The notes under the pieces: generated by a model
The model's input: the letters and a program-made list of their open reading frames with translations, nothing else
Databases searched by the model: none
What the model was told of the DNA's origin: nothing
Position numbers and translations under genes: made by a program
Source: Gaiellaceae bacterium
GTDB taxonomy: Bacteria; Actinomycetota; Thermoleophilia; Gaiellales; Gaiellaceae
Direction of reading: 5' to 3'
Length of the DNA: 41,735 nt
Assembly: GCA_035720085.1 (NCBI GenBank)
Contig: DASTPC010000155.1
Span: 1-41,735, forward strand
Part shown: piece by piece, positions 24,373 through 31,799 of the stretch
Layout: each line of letters opens with the position of its first letter
Numbering within the stretch: the first letter of the stretch is position 1

Positions 24373-25721
24373 TGCACCTCCGACGGCAAGGGCGCGCCCT
24401 CGAATACCGAGAGGATCTGGCGCACCATCTGCTCACGCGAGTCGTAGCGGCTTTCCTCGTAGCAACCGAGCGGGTTCTCGACGAAGTTGACGAGACACTT
24501 GTTGCAGTAGGTGCACGGCCGCGGGGCCCGGTCGAGGCCCTGCGCAAAGAGGTTGGGCAGGTCGGGATTCGCGATCAGCGGCCTGCCCATCGAGACGGCG
24601 TCGACGGAGCCGTCCTCGATCGCCGCCGCGATCACGGAGGCGGTCTGGAAGCCGCCGGCGCAGATCACGGGAACCGAGACGGCCTGCTTGATCGCCCGGG
24701 CTAGCGGGAGGTTGATGCCCTCGACGCCGTCCCGGCTGGCGCGCTCCCAGCGCCTCTTGAGCACGCGGTTGAGCGGCGGCGTGCGGAACATCAGGTAGTT
24801 GCGGAACGTGTACTTCCCGCTCGAGAGCATCGTGTCGTAGGAGCGAATCGCATCTGCGATCGGGAACGACCCGGCCGGATTGCGAGGATGCGGGAACAGA
24901 CTCCCGGCGGAGACGTGGAAGGCGTCCACGCCCGCCTCCTCGAGCCACCGGCAGACCTGGATCGAGTCTTCGAGCGTCGTCCCCTCCTTCAGCCAGGGGA
25001 ACACCGCCCGGTGGTCGTCGACGGCGCTGATCTTGAACTGGAGGTGGAAGTCGTCCCCGACGGCCGCGCGTACCGCGCGCACCACCTCGAGCGGGAAGCG
25101 CGCGCGGTTCTCGAGCGAGCCCCCGTACTCGTCGTCGCGGTCGTTGATCGCCGGGCTCAGGAACTGCGTGATCAGGTAGCCGTTGCAGCCGTGGATCTCG
25201 ACCCCGTCCAGCCCCGCCTCGCGCACGCGGCGGGCCGCCTGGGCGAACGCGTCCACGATCTCGGCGATCTGCGGCACGGTGATCCGCTCGCACTCGAAGC
25301 CGTGCAGCGGGTCGGGCTTGTCCGTCGAGCTGAGCCCCTTCTCGTACTGGATGCCGCCGATGTCGCGCTGGCGACCGGAGAACGCGATCTGGGGGATGTA
25401 GGCGCTGCCGTGCTCGCGCACCCGCTCGCCGAGCTCGCGCCAGAACGGGATCTTGTCGTCGTCGTCGAGGTGGGCGTAGTTCGGGACGATCAGCCCGCGG
25501 GGGTGCACGGGCGAGTTCGAGGAGATGATCGTGCCGACGCCGCCCCTCGCGAACTTCACGTCCCAGTCGATCCGAAGCTGGGTGCCGGAGCCGTCGTAGT
25601 TGTCGAACCGACCCGAGATGCTCGACCGGAACAGCCGGTTCGGCACGGTCAGGTTGCGGAACGCAAGCGGCTCGAAGATCGTCGCCGCGGCCGGCCGGCC
25701 GTTCCCCCTCGCCTCAGACAC
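24369..25721 (-). CDS. NADH:flavin oxidoreductase (OYE family), paralogue 1
   Basis: GVEIHGCNGY, YGGSLENRARF, CTYCNKC...GC. Confidence 0.9.
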   Translation of the reverse strand: MSEARGNGRPAAATIFEPLAFRNLTVPNRLFRSSISGRFDNYDGSGTQLRIDWDVKFARGGVGTIISSNSPVHPRGLIVPNYAHLDDDDKIPFWRELGERVREHGSAYIPQIAFSGRQRDIGGIQYEKGLSSTDKPDPLHGFECERITVPQIAEIVDAFAQAARRVREAGLDGVEIHGCNGYLITQFLSPAINDRDDEYGGSLENRARFPLEVVRAVRAAVGDDFHLQFKISAVDDHRAVFPWLKEGTTLEDSIQVCRWLEEAGVDAFHVSAGSLFPHPRNPAGSFPIADAIRSYDTMLSSGKYTFRNYLMFRTPPLNRVLKRRWERASRDGVEGINLPLARAIKQAVSVPVICAGGFQTASVIAAAIEDGSVDAVSMGRPLIANPDLPNLFAQGLDRAPRPCTYCNKCLVNFVENPLGCYEESRYDSREQMVRQILSVFEGAPLPSEVQ

Positions 25722-27081
25722 GACGCACCGTCCTCAGCCGGCCGTGGGCCGTGCCGCGCCGGCCGCGGCCGGCGACGACCGTTCCGGTCCACGCCTCCAC
25801 CGCCGGGTAGTCCAACGTGCCGCCGCCGGCGACGATCTCCCCCGGCCGGTAGAGCAGCGTGTAGGTCAGGTTCCGCCAGCTGACGAAGTCCTGCTTGGTC
25901 ACCGTCTGCAGATGGTGCGGCCGCCAGGTGCCCGTGTTCAGGTAGAGCCGGTAGCGCTCGCTCGGGGACTCGCCGAGTGTCGAGAGCGGCACCTGCACCG
26001 GGTTGTGCGTGTGCCCGTAGAGGACGTAGAGGATGCGGTCGCGCAGCTCCGGCTCGCTGTCCAGCCGCCGCAGGTCCTCGACCGCCCGCAGGGCGTACTC
26101 GTCCCCCTCGAGCCGGCCCGCCAGCATTCGCCCGAGCGGCTTCTCGAGCCGCGTCATCTTGAAGCTCTCGAGCATCTGCAGGAGCACCTGGAGCCGGTCG
26201 GCCTCGTCGAAGCGCCCGAACCGGTCGTGCTCGGAGATCCAGCGCTTCACGAACGGGAGGTCGCCCATCTCCTCGGCCGCCTGGCTCATCGAGCGGTTGA
26301 TCGCGGCCTGCACGGGGCCTTCGTACTGTTGCACCTGGTAGAAGAGCCAGCCGACCATGCCGACCAGCGGCCGCACGTCGAAGAGGTTCCGCATCCGCTC
26401 GGCGATCCGGTCGCGGTAGGGGTAGCCCTCGGGCAGGTACTCGAGGACGTAGATCGGCATCTTCGAGGCGAACTCGGCCGCCATCACGTCGCCGATCGGG
26501 GTCCTCATGTAGTCGGCGACCGGCACGCGTGCGAAGGCGCGCAGGTTGAGCGCGTCGCTGCCCTCGAAGTTGAAGCTGTCCCACTCCTGCCCGTGCCGGC
26601 CGAACACGCCGTGGTCGGCGTCGAGGAAGAAGTGCTCGAAGGGCTTGTCGCCGGGAGCGATTCCGAGCAGCTCGCGGACACGCCGCCGGAACGCCGGGTA
26701 GAGGTTGCACAGGCGGTCGTGGTTGCCGGGGATGTAGACGCGCTCCGGCTCGACCGGGAAGTCGAACTGGTCGACCAGCGACCCCGAGAGCAGCTCGAAC
26801 GTCTCCGCGTTCTCGGCGACGACGGCGTCGAGGATCGACGTCGCGGCCTCCTCCGACGGCGCCGCCCCCCACGGCCGCTCGTCGACGCCGAACCCGAACC
26901 AACGCTCGCTGCGGATCAGGTCGAAGACGTCGCCGAGGAACACCAGCTTGATCTCGGACGCGCGCGCCTCGCGCGCGTGCGCGGCGAGGTCGGTGAACGT
27001 GCTGCGGAAGACGCCGGGCTCCACGTAGTGCGCGCCGGCGCTGCCGTCCATGAGGTGGAGGTCGCTGAGGACGATGATCAC
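25714..27081 (-). CDS. Calcineurin-like metallophosphoesterase
   Basis: All five motifs present: SDLH, GDVFD, GNHD, HG, GHTH. GTG 27081 with SD GAAGGAGG; the longer ORF-track N-terminus translates the MITE. Confidence 0.85.
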   Translation of the reverse strand: MIIVLSDLHLMDGSAGAHYVEPGVFRSTFTDLAAHAREARASEIKLVFLGDVFDLIRSERWFGFGVDERPWGAAPSEEAATSILDAVVAENAETFELLSGSLVDQFDFPVEPERVYIPGNHDRLCNLYPAFRRRVRELLGIAPGDKPFEHFFLDADHGVFGRHGQEWDSFNFEGSDALNLRAFARVPVADYMRTPIGDVMAAEFASKMPIYVLEYLPEGYPYRDRIAERMRNLFDVRPLVGMVGWLFYQVQQYEGPVQAAINRSMSQAAEEMGDLPFVKRWISEHDRFGRFDEADRLQVLLQMLESFKMTRLEKPLGRMLAGRLEGDEYALRAVEDLRRLDSEPELRDRILYVLYGHTHNPVQVPLSTLGESPSERYRLYLNTGTWRPHHLQTVTKQDFVSWRNLTYTLLYRPGEIVAGGGTLDYPAVEAWTGTVVAGRGRRGTAHGRLRTVRRV

Positions 27082-27131
27082 CGGCAGGCCTCCTTCGCCA
27101 AGCGGCGGGTGTCGGGAGCGGCGGCCAAGGC

Positions 27132-27297
27132 TAGTGCCCCTCCAGGTAATGCTGCCTCGTTCCTCGCGTGCGAGGAGCAAGCCAGGCTAGGACGCAAGGA
27201 GCCTCAATACCAGCAGCTATTGGGGCGACCGAGGACGACGCCTGGCGCCGCTCATCGCGCGCGAGGGACCTGGAGGACATTGCCTGAAGGGGCACTA
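27132..27297. mobile_element. MITE-like non-coding palindromic element (~166 bp) with TA at both ends
   Basis: Ends TAGTGCCCCTCCAGGTAATG and CATTGCCTGAAGGGGCACTA are inverted at 18/20 positions. Nested internal inverted repeats: TTCCTCGCGTGCGA/TCGCGCGCGAGGGA, GCCAGGC/GCCTGGC, GCCTCAATA/TATTGGGGC. Confidence 0.8.
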
Positions 27298-30200
27298 CTA
27301 GGCCCGCGCCAGGTGGTCGAGGATCAGCGGATAGACGTCGGCGTCCGCGTCCCGGCCGACGAGGACGTCCAGGTGGCCGTAGCCCGGGAGCACGTGCCGG
27401 CTGTAGAGCCCGGCGCCGTTGCGGGCGGAGAGCAGCTCCAGCGTCCGCTCGCTGGCGGCCGGCGGGACGAGTCGGTCGGCCCCGCCGTGGACGAAGCAGA
27501 GCGGCAGCGCCAGCCGCCCGAGCTCCGGCGGGAGCGCGTCTGCGCCGGCCGCCGCGCGCGCTTCCAGGTCGGCGACGAAGGCCGGGCTGATCGGGCCGAC
27601 GTGCTCGTGGATCGACTCGTGCGTCTCCGCATCGAGCCGTCCCGGCTCGAAGAGCGTGTCGCGCGTCTCGGCCGCCGACGGCAGCAGGCGCTGGAGCCGG
27701 CGGCGAAGCTGCTCGCCGGCGCGCGCCCCGGGCACGTCCGGCAGCTCGCCCGCGGGCTCGGCGCGGTCCGGCCCCCTGACGTGGAGGCCGCCGCCGAGGC
27801 AGACTGCCGAGCGGACGCCGTCGAGTCCGGACAGGAGCGCCAGGAGCAGGGTGAGCGCGCCCGCGCCGTGGCCGACCGCCTGCACGCTCGAGGCGCCGGC
27901 GTGCTCGCGGACGGCGGCGAGGGCGGCCGGCCAGTCGGCCCGGGCGACGTCGGCGCTCGTGTAGTCGCCGCCGGCGCTCGTCAGCCGGCTGCTCCCGCGC
28001 CAGTCGAGCAGCCAGACGTCGTGGCCGTTGGCGACGAGGAACTCGACCAGGCTCGTGTCGAGCGTGTCCAGCGCGTAGATGCCGCTCGAGACGCCGAGCC
28101 CGTGGGCGGCGACCACCGGCCCGCCCGCGCCACCCTCGTAGCGCGTCAGCAGGAGCCGAACGCCGTCCCCCGCCTCGACGACGTGGACGTTCGGGGCCGG
28201 CGCCCGCAGCTCACGGCGCCTGCGCACCGCCTGCCCGCCGGCCCCGGCCGCCGCCGGGCGCGAGAACACGCCGCCGTACACGTCGAAGAAGGCACCGGCG
28301 CAGAAGCGCCCGAACCTCGCGGTCGCCAGCAGCCGCTCCTCGACGCTGCCCGTGTTCCGGGCGCGCATCGAGACGAGCGAGCGGCCGAACTCGCCGGGAG
28401 GCATGCGCACGACGCCGCGCCCGACCTCTGGCCCGTCCTCAGCCTCGCCGTCGTGCACGGTGACGAAGACGGTGGTGGCGTCGCGCCAGGAGTCGAGCCC
28501 GCGGTCGTTGTCGTAGAGCTTGCGGCCCGAGCAGGTGTAGGCCCGGCCGTCGTCGCCGCGCACCGTGAGGCGGTACTGCACCTGCCGCGCGCCCGGCTTG
28601 TCGGGGTCGGGCACGAAGAAGCCGAGCGTCCCGTCCTCGATCGGAAGCGGCGAGGCCGAGAGCGCCGGCGCCGAGACGGTGCCGGCGATCCTCGCCCCGT
28701 GCGGCTCCCCGCTCATCAGCGCCTCGACGTCGTCGGCGACGATCGTGAGGCTCAGCTCCAGGGTCGAGGAGCCGTTCTCGGCCGCCTCCTCGAAGCTCGC
28801 CCCCGGGCCCGTCGCCAGGTGGCCGAGGAAGCGCTCGCCGAACTCGAGCCCGGTTCGGACCGGCGGCGCCGGCGGGGCGAGGCGCTTGCCCAGCGCGTAG
28901 TCGATCTCCCAGCCGCGCTCCTCGGCGAGCAGCGCGACGCAGCGCTCGGTCAGGGCCGAGATCGTCAGCAGCGGGTTGACGCCGAGCGACCTCGGCACGA
29001 CCGAGCCGTCCGTCACGAACAGCCCCTCGTGCACCGCCCGGCCGGCCGGGCCGGCATACACGCGCCCGCGGTCGTCGACGACGCCGCGCTCGGCATCCTC
29101 GCCCATCGCGCAGCCGCCGAGCGGGTGCACCGTGACGAGGTCGTGCTTCATCAGCCTCGTCCAGACGGGGTTGCGCAGGTACGTGCCGCCGAGCGCGCGC
29201 GTCGCCTCGAGCAGCCGCTCGTCGACGTGCTGGATGCTGCGCTGGGAGCCCACGCCGGGCCAGTCGACGCGCACGCGGTCGTCCTGCAGGAGCAGGCGCC
29301 CGCGGCCGTCGTCGTGCGTCATCACGAGGTAGACGAGCGTGTTCCGCAGGGCGCCTCGGTACGGCCCGCGGACGAGGCTCTCCACCTCGCGGTTCATCTC
29401 GGCGACGAGGTCGGCGAGGCCGGCGTCGGTGTCCTTGCCGAGCACGCGCGCGGCGACGGCGAACCCGGCGGCGAGCCCACCCGCGATCCCGCTCGGGATC
29501 ACGCCCTCCTCGATCACCATGCCGTCGTCGAGCAGCGGCTGCTCGCGGAGGTCGACGATGCCGGCGATGCACGGCCCGACCGGCTCGCGCGACGCCGCGG
29601 GGAGCGAGCCGAACCCGACCGCGTTGACCGGAACGTCGCTGTTGTAGGAGAAGCCGAGCACGTCACCGTTGCCGGTGAAGCTCTCGCCGACCCGGTCCGA
29701 CAGCGACAACCCGGCCGCCTTCGAGCGCAACAGGATCTCGGACGAGCCGAGCGCGCCCGCCGAGACGATCACCACGTCCGCCTCGACCGCCCGGGTCGGG
29801 GCGTCGAGCCGCTCGCCGCCGGTCGGCAGCGGCCGGAAGTGGACGCGCCAGCCGCGACCCGTGCGCTCGACCCGCCGGACGGACACCTGCGTGTAGATCT
29901 CGGCGCCCCAGGCCTTCGCGTCCGGCAGGTAGTTCATCAGCAGGGTGTTCTTGGCGCCGTGGTTGCAGCCGGCGACGCAGTCCCCGCACAGGCTGCAGGC
30001 TCGCTGCTCGACGCCGACGTGGTTGGGGCCGTCCTCGAAGGTGACGTTGATCGGCGGCCGGTAGAAGTCGCCGTCGACGCCGGTGGCGGCGAGTGCGAGC
30101 GCCTCCAGCTTGCGCAGCTGCGGCGCCGACTCGGGATACGGCCGCGGGCGCAGCATCTCCTCGGCGCGCCGATAGCCCTCCGTAAGCCGCTCGTCGTCCT

Positions 30201-30582
30201 CCCGCAGGGCCAGCGGCCAGCGCGCGTCCGCGAACACCCGCGGCTCCGCCCGCAGGGCCACGTTCGCGTTGATCAGTGACGTGCCGCCCAGGCCGCACCC
30301 GACGAGCACGTTCAGGTCGCGGTTCGAGCGGACGTCGAAGAGCGCCGTGCGCGAGCCGACGCGGCCGGCGGGGCTGTCGAGCTGCAACTCCCTGGCAGCC
30401 TCGGTCCGCGTGTCCGGGTAGTCACCGGGCAGGATCTCCCGGCCGCGCTCGAGCAGGCAGACGTCCTGGCCGGCGCGCGCGAGCCGCGAGGCCGCGATCG
30501 CGCCCCCGTAGCCGGAGCCGACGACCACGACCGTATAGCGGTCGCGCAACTCGTCGAGCGGCGAGGAGATCCGGGCGATCAT
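27298..30582 (-). CDS. GMC (cholesterol oxidase-like) oxidoreductase fused to an alpha/beta-hydrolase domain
   Basis: VGSGYGG, GLGGTSLINA, CSLCGDCVAGC, TVHPLGG, GVNPLLTISAL; C-terminal AHGLG, LLDWRGS, GYGHLD. Confidence 0.88.
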   Translation of the reverse strand: MIARISSPLDELRDRYTVVVVGSGYGGAIAASRLARAGQDVCLLERGREILPGDYPDTRTEAARELQLDSPAGRVGSRTALFDVRSNRDLNVLVGCGLGGTSLINANVALRAEPRVFADARWPLALREDDERLTEGYRRAEEMLRPRPYPESAPQLRKLEALALAATGVDGDFYRPPINVTFEDGPNHVGVEQRACSLCGDCVAGCNHGAKNTLLMNYLPDAKAWGAEIYTQVSVRRVERTGRGWRVHFRPLPTGGERLDAPTRAVEADVVIVSAGALGSSEILLRSKAAGLSLSDRVGESFTGNGDVLGFSYNSDVPVNAVGFGSLPAASREPVGPCIAGIVDLREQPLLDDGMVIEEGVIPSGIAGGLAAGFAVAARVLGKDTDAGLADLVAEMNREVESLVRGPYRGALRNTLVYLVMTHDDGRGRLLLQDDRVRVDWPGVGSQRSIQHVDERLLEATRALGGTYLRNPVWTRLMKHDLVTVHPLGGCAMGEDAERGVVDDRGRVYAGPAGRAVHEGLFVTDGSVVPRSLGVNPLLTISALTERCVALLAEERGWEIDYALGKRLAPPAPPVRTGLEFGERFLGHLATGPGASFEEAAENGSSTLELSLTIVADDVEALMSGEPHGARIAGTVSAPALSASPLPIEDGTLGFFVPDPDKPGARQVQYRLTVRGDDGRAYTCSGRKLYDNDRGLDSWRDATTVFVTVHDGEAEDGPEVGRGVVRMPPGEFGRSLVSMRARNTGSVEERLLATARFGRFCAGAFFDVYGGVFSRPAAAGAGGQAVRRRRELRAPAPNVHVVEAGDGVRLLLTRYEGGAGGPVVAAHGLGVSSGIYALDTLDTSLVEFLVANGHDVWLLDWRGSSRLTSAGGDYTSADVARADWPAALAAVREHAGASSVQAVGHGAGALTLLLALLSGLDGVRSAVCLGGGLHVRGPDRAEPAGELPDVPGARAGEQLRRRLQRLLPSAAETRDTLFEPGRLDAETHESIHEHVGPISPAFVADLEARAAAGADALPPELGRLALPLCFVHGGADRLVPPAASERTLELLSARNGAGLYSRHVLPGYGHLDVLVGRDADADVYPLILDHLARA

Positions 30583-30831
30583 CGCGGGGCGGCCGGCGGG
30601 TGGGGCTGACCCCCGCTCGGACTCGAGCTGCCCTCAGCTCCCTCCCACAGCCGCACCGCCTACCTCCGGCAACCCTGATCCAGACTGCCCATGCTAGGCA
30701 GGCAGCGCCGGTCGTTTCAAGCAGCACGAGAACGCCCCGCCGGCCGGAAACTCGATGCTCCATCGGAGGGGCGCCATCCGGCCCGTCGGGATTCTCCGGT
30801 CAAGCATCTAAAATCGGCAGCCATCGAGCAG

Positions 30832-31611
30832 GTGAGCACACCCGGCCGAGACCCGCGAGAGCGGTTCGTCACGGACGTCTGGCCGCTGCTCCTGCTGCTC
30901 GGCGGCCTGCTGCTCGCGGTCGTGCTGCCGTGGCTCGCGTGGGACCGCTACGGAGGCGACGAGACGTGGCCGTCGCTGATCACCAACTTCTCGTCGACGT
31001 GCCTAGCCTTCCTGATCGCGCTCGCCTGGGACCGGCGTCAGCGCGCGTTCGCCGACCGCCGCGAGCTCGAGGCGGAGCAGCGGCGCGAAGAGGCCGAGGC
31101 ACGCGCCGAGCACGAGCGGCGCACGATCGAGGCGCGCCGCCGCTTCTCCGCGATCGCGCTCGAGCTCGAACGGATCGAGGCGAGCCTGCAGCGCGCGCAC
31201 GCAGAGCAGCACCGCTACAAGGTCTTCTTCCCCGACCTGCCGTCGGGCTCGTGGCGGGCGGCGAGCGGGCCGCTCGGCCTGATCGTCTCGGACTACGGCC
31301 TGATGGCCGACCTGGCCACGTTCTACGGGCACGTCGCGGAGCTGCAGTGGCGGCTGCGCTTCAAGGCGCAGCCGGCGACTGTCGAGGATGCGCTCAACCC
31401 GCTCATCGACGCCCTCGTGCTGGCGATGCTGTCCGATGTCGAGGAGCTGCTGCCGCAGGTCCGGCGCCAGCTGGTGAAGCCCGACGTCGAGCGCGTGCAC
31501 GGAGAGGCGGCCGGCGGCACCGTCGTCGGCCGGAGGCAGTTCACGGCGGCGATCAGGGTGGTCGGCGAAGACGGTGCGCCCGCGGACGAGACCCGAGCGG
31601 AATCCTCCTAG
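30832..31611 (+). CDS. Hypothetical membrane protein (2 TM segments + coiled coil)
   Basis: Two hydrophobic segments followed by an E/R/A-rich helix; GC3-rich codons; start uncertain. Confidence 0.65.
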   Translation: MSTPGRDPRERFVTDVWPLLLLLGGLLLAVVLPWLAWDRYGGDETWPSLITNFSSTCLAFLIALAWDRRQRAFADRRELEAEQRREEAEARAEHERRTIEARRRFSAIALELERIEASLQRAHAEQHRYKVFFPDLPSGSWRAASGPLGLIVSDYGLMADLATFYGHVAELQWRLRFKAQPATVEDALNPLIDALVLAMLSDVEELLPQVRRQLVKPDVERVHGEAAGGTVVGRRQFTAAIRVVGEDGAPADETRAESS

Positions 31612-31675
31612 AGCGCCGGGGGCACGCTCGATTCCCGTTCGCGAGCGCGTTAGTATCGCTTGGCGCGAAGGCGGT

Positions 31676-31792
31676 ATGAGCGTGGGGACGACCACCGATT
31701 CCGCGGAGCCACGGCTCCGGCTCGCGGCGGAGAACCGCGGCCTCGACACGCCGAGGAGCGTCCCGTCCCGTCCGCACGACCGGGCCGCGTAG
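31676..31792 (+). CDS. Possible 38-aa small ORF upstream of FHA-MMPL
   Basis: TAGTAT -10-like hexamer at 31651, weak SD GAAGGCGG, MSVGTTTDSAEPRLRLAAENRGLDTPRSVPSRPHDRAA*; stop is 7 nt before the next GTG. Confidence 0.3.
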   Translation: MSVGTTTDSAEPRLRLAAENRGLDTPRSVPSRPHDRAA

Positions 31793-31799
31793 GCGAGGC

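Noticed and set aside
20317..27081. Patatin plus metallophosphoesterase as an anti-phage (CBASS-like) module
   Set aside because: No CD-NTase, STAND ATPase, reverse transcriptase or nuclease nearby; the genes are coupled to redox enzymes and an exporter.
25600..30279. 1559-aa plus-strand ORF
   Set aside because: Antisense to the motif-supported GMC and metallophosphoesterase genes and reads straight through the MITE.
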